A stretch of DNA of 38,404 nt from Acidobacteriota bacterium (GTDB taxonomy: Bacteria; Acidobacteriota; Vicinamibacteria; Vicinamibacterales; JAFNAJ01), in assembly GCA_017860085.1 (NCBI GenBank), contig JAFNAJ010000003.1:1-38404 (forward strand). Direction: 5' to 3'. The notes beneath the pieces were generated by a model, which was not told where the DNA came from, did not search any database, and worked only from the letters and a program-made list of their open reading frames with translations. The position numbers were made by a program, and so were the translations under genes. Shown here one piece after another: positions 18,549 to 26,520 of the stretch. Positions within the stretch are counted from its first letter, which is position 1. Each line of letters starts with the position of its first letter.

Positions 18549-21089
18549 ATGACGACGCGCGACTGCAGAGTGAGCATATGCGGGGCCATATTGGGGCTCC
18601 TGTTGGCAGCGGCGCCCCTGGCCGCCCAGGTGCCAGCCTCGCCCGCCGCCGCGCAGCCCCAGGCGGCTCCCCAGCCGCCCGACGGCTCGCCGCCCGTGGT
18701 CCGCACGATCGAGCTGGCGTTTCCCCGGCAGGGCAACGTCTCGGTCATCGAGCCCCAGACCTACCTGTATTACCTCCAGACGAAGCCGAGCCGGCCGTCT
18801 GACGGCGTCTTCGTTCCGTACGACGAGCAGACGGTGCTCGACGACTTCCGCCGCCTGTGGAACACGAACTTCCTCGACGACCTGTGGATCGAGGTCCGCG
18901 ACGTGCCGTACCCGAACGGCGTCATCGGCAAGTACATCGTGTTCAACATGGAGGAGCGCCAGCGGGTCAAGATTGTCGAGTTCGTCGGATCGAAGAAGCT
19001 CGAGCAGACCAAGATCGACGAGCAGCTGAAGGAGAAGGGGGCGCAGATCCGCCTCGACTCCTTCATCGATCCAGGCCTGATCCGCCGCGTCGAGGGCATC
19101 ATCCGCGAGATGCTGTCCGAGAAGGGGCATCTCGGCGGCGAGGTCACCCACGAGACCCGCGAGGTCTCGGGCGGGCCGAAGCTGGTCAACCTCACGTTCA
19201 ACATCAGCGAGGGGCCACAGTACAAGATCCGCCAGATTGACTTCGTCGGTAACGAAGCCATCAGCGACGGGAAGCTCAAGGGCAAGATGAAGGAGAACAA
19301 GGAGCAGTGGTTCCTTTCCTTCATCACCGGCCGAGGCACGTACCAGGAGAACAAGTTCGAGGAGGACGCGGAGAAGGTCGTCGAGTACTACCGCGATCGC
19401 GGGTACATCGGCGCCCGGGTCGGCCAGCCGGAGGTCCGCACGCTCCAGGACTCGTCCGACAGCAAGATCCGGTGGATCGAGCTGCGTGTCCCGGTGTCCG
19501 AAGGGCGACGCTACCGAGTGGGCAAGTTCGAGTTCGCGGGCAACGAGGTCGTCAAGGGTGAATCGCTGCGCCCGCTCTTCAAGATGAAGGAGGGCGAGTA
19601 CTACGCGGAGAAGAACGTCCGCAAGGGACTCGAGAAGGCACGCGAGGTCTACGGCGCCGGTGGCTACTTCGAGTTCACGGCGTTTCCCGAGCTGCAGCCG
19701 CGCGACCTGGTCGACGTGCAGACGGGCGAACAGGCGCCGCTCCTCGCGGTCGAGGGGGCGGGCCCTCCCATCGTCGACGTGACGATGCGGGTGCAGGAAG
19801 GAAAGCAGTACTTCATCAACCGGATCACGTTCTTGGGCAACACGACCACGCGCGACAACGTGATTCGGCGCGAAATGCGGATCTACGAGAACGGCGTCTT
19901 CAACACCGAGTCGCTGAAGTTCAGCATCCGCCGGCTGAACCAGCTGGGGTACTTCAAGAACCTCGAGGGCGATGCGGTCAATGTCGAGAAGGCGCCGGGG
20001 TTCGACAACAAGGTCGACGTCACCCTCAAGTTCGAGGAGCAGAACCGCAACCAGTTGACGTTTGGCGCTGGCGTGTCCCAGTACGAGGGCTTCTTCGGCC
20101 AGCTCGCCTTCCAGACGGCGAACTTCATGGGGCGCGGCGAGACGCTGAGCCTGGCCATCCAGGCAGGCAGCCGGGCGCGTAACTACCAGCTCGCCTTCAC
20201 CGAGCCCTTCCTGTTCGACCGGCCGATCACCGGTGCGTTCGACGTCTACAGACGCCAGATCCGCTACATCAACCAGTTCACCCAGGAGTCGACGGGCACG
20301 AACCTCGGGGTCGGTTTCCCGCTCCGGGACTTCACGCGCGCGTTCGCCGGGTACAGCTTCGAGCGAGCCCGCGTCAAGGAAATCAACCCGATCTTCTTCG
20401 ACCCGGAGCTCATCGCGAACAACCCATACCTGGCGGAGATCCTCCTGCTGGGGCAGGGCGGGGTCCGGACCATCAGCAAGGTGACCCCGAGCGTCGTGCA
20501 CAACACGATCGACAACCCGATCTTTCCCACCGCGGGGCGTCGGGCGACCTTCTCGATCGATCTGGCCGGGCTGGGCGGTAACACCTCGTTCTACAAGCCT
20601 CGTGCGGAGTACGCGCAGTATTTCCCGCAGAACCGTCGGCTGTCGTTCGCGTTCCGAACCCTGCTCGAGTACGTCGCGCCCTTCGGCAACACCCTCGAGC
20701 TGCCGATCTTCGAGCGCCTGGCGCTCGGCGGCGAGTACAGCGTCCGCGGCTTCGACGTCCGGAGCATCGGGCCCCGCCTCGACACCGGGTTGGTGTACGG
20801 CGGCAACAAGAGCGTGCTGTTCAACTTCGAGTACTTGATCAGCATTGCCGGGCCCGTGCGCCTGGTGCTCTTTTACGATGCCGGGCAGGTGCGGAACCAG
20901 GGTGAGCGGCTGACGCTCGACGAGTTCAAGACGTCGACGGGCGCCGAGGTTCGTTTCTTCATGCCCGTGCTCAACGTGCCGTTCCGCCTCATTTTCGCGG
21001 CGAATCCGCAGCGGTCGGGCGTCCTCGACAACAACCTTCAGCCGCAAGAGGCGTTCACGTTCCGATTCGCCGTGGGCTCGACGTTCTAG
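18549..21089 (+). CDS. bamA: Outer membrane protein assembly factor BamA (POTRA repeats plus Omp85 barrel)
   Basis: 846 aa. Signal peptide ICGAILGLLLAAAPLAAQ. POTRA-like repeats (IRQIDFVGNEAISDGKL, VGKFEFAGNEVV, INRITFLGNTTTRDNVIRRE). C-terminal barrel ending FRFAVGSTF. Confidence 0.9.
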   Translation: MTTRDCRVSICGAILGLLLAAAPLAAQVPASPAAAQPQAAPQPPDGSPPVVRTIELAFPRQGNVSVIEPQTYLYYLQTKPSRPSDGVFVPYDEQTVLDDFRRLWNTNFLDDLWIEVRDVPYPNGVIGKYIVFNMEERQRVKIVEFVGSKKLEQTKIDEQLKEKGAQIRLDSFIDPGLIRRVEGIIREMLSEKGHLGGEVTHETREVSGGPKLVNLTFNISEGPQYKIRQIDFVGNEAISDGKLKGKMKENKEQWFLSFITGRGTYQENKFEEDAEKVVEYYRDRGYIGARVGQPEVRTLQDSSDSKIRWIELRVPVSEGRRYRVGKFEFAGNEVVKGESLRPLFKMKEGEYYAEKNVRKGLEKAREVYGAGGYFEFTAFPELQPRDLVDVQTGEQAPLLAVEGAGPPIVDVTMRVQEGKQYFINRITFLGNTTTRDNVIRREMRIYENGVFNTESLKFSIRRLNQLGYFKNLEGDAVNVEKAPGFDNKVDVTLKFEEQNRNQLTFGAGVSQYEGFFGQLAFQTANFMGRGETLSLAIQAGSRARNYQLAFTEPFLFDRPITGAFDVYRRQIRYINQFTQESTGTNLGVGFPLRDFTRAFAGYSFERARVKEINPIFFDPELIANNPYLAEILLLGQGGVRTISKVTPSVVHNTIDNPIFPTAGRRATFSIDLAGLGGNTSFYKPRAEYAQYFPQNRRLSFAFRTLLEYVAPFGNTLELPIFERLALGGEYSVRGFDVRSIGPRLDTGLVYGGNKSVLFNFEYLISIAGPVRLVLFYDAGQVRNQGERLTLDEFKTSTGAEVRFFMPVLNVPFRLIFAANPQRSGVLDNNLQPQEAFTFRFAVGSTF

Positions 21090-21116
21090 CCCGGCTCGAC
21101 CAACTCCGCTCTGCTC

Positions 21117-21773
21117 ATGAAAGGACAGCCAGGAATGAAACCCGTGCTACTGACCCTTGCGCTCGGACTCGCGATGACCGGCGCGCCCGCGTTCGCCCAG
21201 ACTCCACCAGCCGGCCAGACACCGCCGGCAGCGCCTCCCCAGCAGCCGGCCGCGCCTGCCGCACCGGCGGCGGCCGCGCCACGCCCGTTCCCCGAGGGGG
21301 CCAAGGTGGCCTACCTCAACATCCAGCGGATTGCCAGCGAGTCTGCGGAGGGGAAGGTCGCCACGGCCAGGGTGAAGGCGCTCAACGACAAGAAGCTCCA
21401 AGAGCTGCAGGACCGGCAGAAGGCCATCCAGGCCAGCCAGCAGAAGCTCCAGACGAGCGGCGCGCTTCTGAGCGACCAGGCGCGCGTCCAGCTCGAGAAG
21501 GAGGTCGAGCGGCTGCAGGTGGACCTGCAGCGCGCGACCCAGGACGCGCAGACGGAGGTGCAGGAGCTGCAGCAGGAGCTGCAGCTGGACTTCCAGAAGA
21601 AGCTCGTCCCGATCATCAACGCGGTGGCCGCCGAGCGGGGCCTGTTCATGGTGTTCAGCCAGGCCGATTCAGGCCTGGTCTGGGCCGACACCGGGCTCGA
21701 CCTCACCGAACTGGTCATCAAGCGGTTCGATACGGTGCTGGCGCCGACGGCGCCGAAGCCCCAGGACGAGTAA
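21117..21773 (+). CDS. skp: OmpH/Skp-family periplasmic chaperone; alternative start ATG 21135
   Basis: Signal peptide MKPVLLTLALGLAMTGAPAFAQ. Long Q/E/L-rich coiled-coil region (KLQELQDRQKAIQASQQKLQ...QELQQELQLDFQKKLVPIINAVA). Canonical position after bamA. Confidence 0.8.
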   Translation: MKGQPGMKPVLLTLALGLAMTGAPAFAQTPPAGQTPPAAPPQQPAAPAAPAAAAPRPFPEGAKVAYLNIQRIASESAEGKVATARVKALNDKKLQELQDRQKAIQASQQKLQTSGALLSDQARVQLEKEVERLQVDLQRATQDAQTEVQELQQELQLDFQKKLVPIINAVAAERGLFMVFSQADSGLVWADTGLDLTELVIKRFDTVLAPTAPKPQDE

Positions 21774-21801
21774 GCGCTCGCGGGACGGAGACCCTCTCCC
21801 C

Positions 21802-23043
21802 GTGAGCGCTCCTCAGCCGTTCGATCGCCTCTGCCACCGGTATCCTTCGCTGCTGTTCGACGTCGTCACGGTCCTCGAGCCTGGTCGACGGGTCGAGGCG
21901 GTGAAGAACGTCACCGTCAACGAGGACTTCTTCCAGGGGCATTTCCCTGGGGCGCCGTTGATGCCAGGCGTGTTGATCATCGAGGCGCTCGTGCAGGTGG
22001 CCTCGCTGCTCACGTTGCGTCAGGCCGACGGACGTCGTGAGCGCGTGTGGCTGCGGGGCGTGGATCACGCGAAGTTCCGCCGCCAGGTCGTGCCAGGCGA
22101 CTGCGTGCACCTCGAGGTCGCCCTGGCACGACGGCGGGCGGCGTTGGTTCAGTTGAAGGGCGTGGCTCGGGTTGGCGAGCACGTCGTGGCCGAGGCCGAT
22201 CTGCTGCTCGCGATCGCCCCCCCGGGCACCGAGGTCCACGCATCGGCTATCGTGCACGAGGGTGCCCGTATTGGTGAGGGGACGTACGTCGGGCCTGGCG
22301 CGACCATCGGTCCGCACGTCGTGGTGGGGCGACGCTGCCACGTGGGCGCCTCGGCGGTCGTCGATGGCTGGACCGAGATCGGCGACGACACCGAGATCTA
22401 CCCGTTCGCGTCCCTCGGTCTGCCCCCCCAGGACCTGAAGTACCAGGGAGCGCCGACGCGACTGGTGGTCGGTCGGCACAACATCTTCCGGGAGTTCGTC
22501 ACCGTGCACCGCGGCACGGAGCACGGGGGCGGCATCACCACGATTGGCGACCACAACCTGTTCATGGCGTACGCGCACGTGGCGCACGACTGTCACGTGG
22601 GCAGCCACACGATCTTCGGCAACGGCGCGACGCTGGGAGGGCACGTCACCGTCGAAGACTACTCGACGATCTCGGCCTTCTCGGGCGTGCACCAGTTCTG
22701 CCGCGTGGGACGCCACGCCTTCATCGGCGGCTACTCGGTCGTCACCAAGGATGCGATGCCGTTTGCGAAGTCGGTCGGCAACCGTGCGCGCATCTTCGGC
22801 CTCAACTCCATCGGGCTCGTACGTCGAGGGTTCTCGCCCGACACGGTCCGCAAGCTTCGGCAGGCCTACCGGTATCTGCTCGTGTCGAAGCTCAACACGA
22901 CCCAGGCGCTCGCGCAGATCGAGCAGGATCCCGACCTGCAGTGCGATGAGGTGCGATACCTCGTCGAGTTCATCAGGACGTCGCGCCGGGGCGTCACGCT
23001 GCGTCGCGGAAGCCGTCGGGCGGACGATGGCCCCGACAGCTAG
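21802..23043 (+). CDS. Bifunctional fusion: 3-hydroxyacyl-ACP dehydratase FabZ (about 21802-22215) and UDP-N-acetylglucosamine O-acyltransferase LpxA (about 22231-23043)
   Basis: N-terminal half HRYPSLLFDVV..VKNVTVNEDFFQGHFPGAPLMPGVLIIEALVQ (FabZ hot-dog His/Glu motifs). C-terminal half VHASAIVHEGARIGEGTYVGPGATIGPHVVVG... hexapeptide repeats, then FGLNSIGLVRRGFS (LpxA). Single 413-aa ORF, linker APPGT, no stop codon. Confidence 0.85.
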   Translation: MSAPQPFDRLCHRYPSLLFDVVTVLEPGRRVEAVKNVTVNEDFFQGHFPGAPLMPGVLIIEALVQVASLLTLRQADGRRERVWLRGVDHAKFRRQVVPGDCVHLEVALARRRAALVQLKGVARVGEHVVAEADLLLAIAPPGTEVHASAIVHEGARIGEGTYVGPGATIGPHVVVGRRCHVGASAVVDGWTEIGDDTEIYPFASLGLPPQDLKYQGAPTRLVVGRHNIFREFVTVHRGTEHGGGITTIGDHNLFMAYAHVAHDCHVGSHTIFGNGATLGGHVTVEDYSTISAFSGVHQFCRVGRHAFIGGYSVVTKDAMPFAKSVGNRARIFGLNSIGLVRRGFSPDTVRKLRQAYRYLLVSKLNTTQALAQIEQDPDLQCDEVRYLVEFIRTSRRGVTLRRGSRRADDGPDS

Positions 23044-23061
23044 GGGAGACGGGAGACGAGG

Positions 23062-23898
23062 GTGTCGCGCGTAGGCCTGATCGCCGGCAACGGGCAGTTT
23101 CCGTTTCTCGTGCTCAGTGCGGCGCACCGGATGGGCCACGACGTGACCGTGGTGGCGATCAAGGAGGAGGTGTTCCCGTCGCTCGAGGAGGCCGCGGTCG
23201 CGGCCGGCGCCGGCTACCACGCCGTGTCGCTCGGCGAACTCGGCAAGGCGATCTCGATCCTCAAGAACGCCGGGGCCTCGCAGGCCGTGATGGCCGGGCA
23301 GGTCAAACACACCAAGATCTTCTCGGGCATCGTGCCCGACATGACCCTCCTGTCGGTGCTGATGCGCCTCAAGGCCAAGAACACTGATGCGATCATCGCC
23401 GCGGTGGCCGACGTGCTCGCGTCGCGCGGCATCGAACTGCTCGACTCCACCGTCTTCCTCCAGCCGTTGATGGCCAGCGAGGGACCCCTGACGCGTCGTC
23501 GACCGTCCGCCGACGAGGCGGAAGACTTCGCCTTCGGATACGCGATGGCCGATTCGGTCGCGGGGCTCGACATCGGCCAGACGATCGTGGTCCGCGACCG
23601 CGCAGTCGTCGCCGTCGAGGCCATGGAAGGCACCGATGAGGTGATTGCCCGCGCCGGACGGCTCGCAGGCCCAGGCACCAGGGTGGTGAAGGTCGCCAAA
23701 CCCAATCAGGACATGCGATTCGACGTTCCCGTGGTGGGGGTGCCGACCATCGAGGCGATGAGAAGCGCGGGCGCCAGCGCGCTGTCCGTCGATGCCGGCC
23801 AGACGCTGTTCATCGATGGTGACGCCGTGATCGACGCGGCGAACGCCAGCAGGATTGCCATCGTCGGCCGTCCAAAGACACGCGAAGGCAGGGCCTGA
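23062..23898 (+). CDS. lpxI: UDP-2,3-diacylglucosamine pyrophosphatase LpxI (DUF1009 family)
   Basis: [14 protein letters not shown]-terminus, [38 protein letters not shown]. Position after lpxA. Confidence 0.75.
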   Translation: MSRVGLIAGNGQFPFLVLSAAHRMGHDVTVVAIKEEVFPSLEEAAVAAGAGYHAVSLGELGKAISILKNAGASQAVMAGQVKHTKIFSGIVPDMTLLSVLMRLKAKNTDAIIAAVADVLASRGIELLDSTVFLQPLMASEGPLTRRRPSADEAEDFAFGYAMADSVAGLDIGQTIVVRDRAVVAVEAMEGTDEVIARAGRLAGPGTRVVKVAKPNQDMRFDVPVVGVPTIEAMRSAGASALSVDAGQTLFIDGDAVIDAANASRIAIVGRPKTREGRA

Positions 23899-23901
23899 CC
23901 C

Positions 23902-24873
23902 GTGATCCACGACACTTCACGTGCGCGTGTGGCGGCCATCGGCGTCGGCTACCTCGGCCGACACCACGCCCGCATCCTTTCGCAGCTCGACGGCGTTGAG
24001 CTGGTGGCCGTCGTCGACATCAACCACAAGCGTGCCGAAGAGGTGGCAGCGGCGGCGGGAACCGTCGCGCTGTCCGATGTCGGCGAACTGCTGGGGATGA
24101 GCCTCGACGCCGTGACGGTGGCCGTGCCCACCGAGGCACACCACGCGGTGGCGAGACCCTTTCTGGAGAAGGGCGTGTCGGTGCTCGTCGAGAAGCCCAT
24201 GGCGCGAACGCTCGAGGAGGCCGACGAGCTCATCGTCGCATCGGAGACTTCCGGCGCGACCCTCGCCGTGGGTCACACCGAGCGCTTCAACCCCGCCGTC
24301 ACGGCAGCCCTGTCCCTGGTCTCGAACCCGGGTTTCGTCGAAGTCCACCGCCTGGGCACATTCCCCGAGCGAAGCCTCGACATCGACGTGGTGTTCGACC
24401 TGATGATCCACGATCTCGACGTGCTGCTGGCGGCCGTGCCGGGCGACGTCGTCGGGCTCGAGGCCGTCGGGGTCCCGGTGTTGACGGGCCGCGTCGACAT
24501 CGCCAACGCGCGCGTGCGGTTCTCGTCGGGCTGCATCGCCAATGTGACCGCGAGCCGGATCAGCAGGGATCGCGTGAGGAAGGTGCGGTTCTTCCAGCAG
24601 GATGCCTACATCTCGATCGACTACGCGAGCCAGGAGGTCGAGCATTGGCGGCTGGCCCGCGGCAGCGCCGAGCGCCCTGACATCGTCGGCGGCCGGGTCG
24701 AGGTGATGCGAGACGAGCCGCTCAGGATCGAGATCGCCGACTTCGTGAACGCCGTGCGGACCGGGCAGCGTCCCCGCGTCACGGGGGGCGACGGCCGCAA
24801 GGCGCTGGCCCTTGCTCGACAGGTGAGCGACGCCATCGCGCAGGGTCAGCAGACGCCGAGGGGTGGAAGATGA
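23902..24873 (+). CDS. Gfo/Idh/MocA-family NAD(P)-dependent oxidoreductase
   Basis: Rossmann N-terminus VAAIGVGYLGRHHARIL. EKP motif VLVEKPMA. GHTERFNP. 323 aa. The stop overlaps the next gene (ATGA). Confidence 0.8.
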   Translation: MIHDTSRARVAAIGVGYLGRHHARILSQLDGVELVAVVDINHKRAEEVAAAAGTVALSDVGELLGMSLDAVTVAVPTEAHHAVARPFLEKGVSVLVEKPMARTLEEADELIVASETSGATLAVGHTERFNPAVTAALSLVSNPGFVEVHRLGTFPERSLDIDVVFDLMIHDLDVLLAAVPGDVVGLEAVGVPVLTGRVDIANARVRFSSGCIANVTASRISRDRVRKVRFFQQDAYISIDYASQEVEHWRLARGSAERPDIVGGRVEVMRDEPLRIEIADFVNAVRTGQRPRVTGGDGRKALALARQVSDAIAQGQQTPRGGR

Positions 24874-25712
24874 TGGCCGACGAGGCCGAGCGCCTGTGGG
24901 AGACGCACGACATCCTCGCATTGGGCACACGGGCCGACGAGGCCCGGCGCCAGCGACATGGCGATCGCGTCACGTTCGTGCGCGTCGCCACCCTGGCGCT
25001 CGACACGGCCCGCGAGGCACGGTGGTCGTCCGCGGCCCGCGAGATCCGGATCGCCGGTCGGCCGCACGATGTGACCGCGGCCGAGCAGGCAATCGACTCG
25101 GTCGTCCGCCGCGCCGAAGGCAGGCCGGTGACGGCCTTCTCGCTCGCCGAGCTGCAGGCCCTCGCACCAGACCGTGCGGGCTTCGTTGACGTGCTCAGGA
25201 GGCTGTTCGGCGCTGGCCTCACCAGTGTGGCGTCGGCAGACGTGGACGGCCTCGAAGACTTGCGGCAGCCTGTCGAGGCGGTCCTGGCGGCCGACGGACA
25301 CATCGCGCGCTTCACGGTCGCCCGGGCGACGCACGAAAGCCCCGTGCCGTTGTTCCTGGCGGTCCGCGCCCTCCAGAAGACCACGGGTGCCGTGCGAGCG
25401 TTTGCGCCCCTGCCTCGGTCGGTCGACGGGTCGAGACCCACGACCGGCTACGAAGACGTCAAGTCGGTGGCCATCGCACGACTGCTGCTCGACAACGTCG
25501 GGTCGATCCAGGTGGACTGGGCGTTGCACGGTCCGAAGCTCGCGCAGGTCGCGCTGCTCTTCGGTGCCGACGACCTCGACGCGGTGCCAGTCGAGGACGA
25601 GTCGGCCGACGGGCGTCGGCGCGCACCGCTCGAAGAGGTGAAGCGGAACATCCGGGCGGCCTCACTGACCGCGGTCGAGCGAGATGGTCGTTTCGGAGTA
25701 CTGGAGTCATGA
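24870..25712 (+). CDS. Cysteine-free paralogue of MqnE/MqnC-type radical-SAM enzymes (no CxxxCxxC); function unknown
   Basis: 280 aa, colinear similarity to the product of 26521-27759 (for example ARLLLDNVGSIQVDWALHGPKLAQVALLFGADDLDAV vs ARIVLDNFDNLQASWVTQGGKVGQLSLAFGANDMGSV). Contains no Cys residue. ATGA overlaps on both sides. Confidence 0.7.
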   Translation: MMADEAERLWETHDILALGTRADEARRQRHGDRVTFVRVATLALDTAREARWSSAAREIRIAGRPHDVTAAEQAIDSVVRRAEGRPVTAFSLAELQALAPDRAGFVDVLRRLFGAGLTSVASADVDGLEDLRQPVEAVLAADGHIARFTVARATHESPVPLFLAVRALQKTTGAVRAFAPLPRSVDGSRPTTGYEDVKSVAIARLLLDNVGSIQVDWALHGPKLAQVALLFGADDLDAVPVEDESADGRRRAPLEEVKRNIRAASLTAVERDGRFGVLES

Positions 25713-26500
25713 CCGCCGTCAGGGTGGGGGCCGTCGAGTACCTGAACGCCAGGCCCCTCGTGCACGGACTGGGAGCGGCCGGCCTGTTCTCGGTGCGGTT
25801 CGACGTGCCGTCGCGGTGTGCCGATCTGCTCGCCGCGCACGCCATCGATGTCGGGCTCATCCCGGTCGCCGAGTACCGGGCCGACGACTACGTCATCGTC
25901 CCCGACGTCTGCATCGGGTCGAGCGGCCCGGTCGCCTCGGTGGCCGTCTTTTCACAGAAGCCCATCGAATCCGTGCGATCGATTGCGCTCGACACCAGCT
26001 CGCGCACGTCGGCCGCGCTCGTGCGTGTGCTGTGCGCCGAGCGGTGGGGAATCGCGCCCCTGCCGACGATGCTCCAAGGGGCGGATGCCGCGCTGCTCAT
26101 CGGCGATCCGGCCCTCGAAACCGATCCCGGCCAGTACGGCGTCCTGAAGATCGACCTCGGCGCCGAGTGGAGAGCCCTCACGGGGCTGCCCTTCGTCTGG
26201 GCGTTGTGGGCAGGTCGCGAGTCCGTGATGTCGGCCGATGTCTGTCGAGCGTTGCAGGCGGCGCGCGACCGGGGACGAGAGGCGATCGCGATGATTGCCG
26301 AGGACTACGCGTGCGGCGATTCGAGCAGAGCCCGGCGAGCCGTCGAGTATCTCAGGACGAACATCGGATACGACCTCGATGCCGCACACATTGCGGGGCT
26401 CGAACGTTTCCTCTCGTCGGCCGCCGCGGCCGGCGCGATCCCACGCGCAGGCGGACTCCGGTTGGCCCGACCGGCGGCGACCGCGCCCGTCGGGGGCTGA
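25709..26500 (+). CDS. mqnA: Chorismate dehydratase MqnA (futalosine pathway)
   Basis: VGAVEYLNARPLVHGL, VPSRCADLLAAHAIDVGLIPVAEY, LPFVWALWAG. 263 aa, typical of MqnA (PF02621-like). Confidence 0.85.
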   Translation: MTAVRVGAVEYLNARPLVHGLGAAGLFSVRFDVPSRCADLLAAHAIDVGLIPVAEYRADDYVIVPDVCIGSSGPVASVAVFSQKPIESVRSIALDTSSRTSAALVRVLCAERWGIAPLPTMLQGADAALLIGDPALETDPGQYGVLKIDLGAEWRALTGLPFVWALWAGRESVMSADVCRALQAARDRGREAIAMIAEDYACGDSSRARRAVEYLRTNIGYDLDAAHIAGLERFLSSAAAAGAIPRAGGLRLARPAATAPVGG

Positions 26501-26520
26501 CACGCACGGGTGATCGCAGT

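Noticed and set aside
18441-23910. Minus-strand ORFs of 868 aa (18441-21047) and 730 aa (21718-23910), opposite bamA and fabZ::lpxA/lpxI
   Set aside because: Same reasoning: these are shadow frames of confidently identified + genes, with no domain-like motifs and antisense-type composition.
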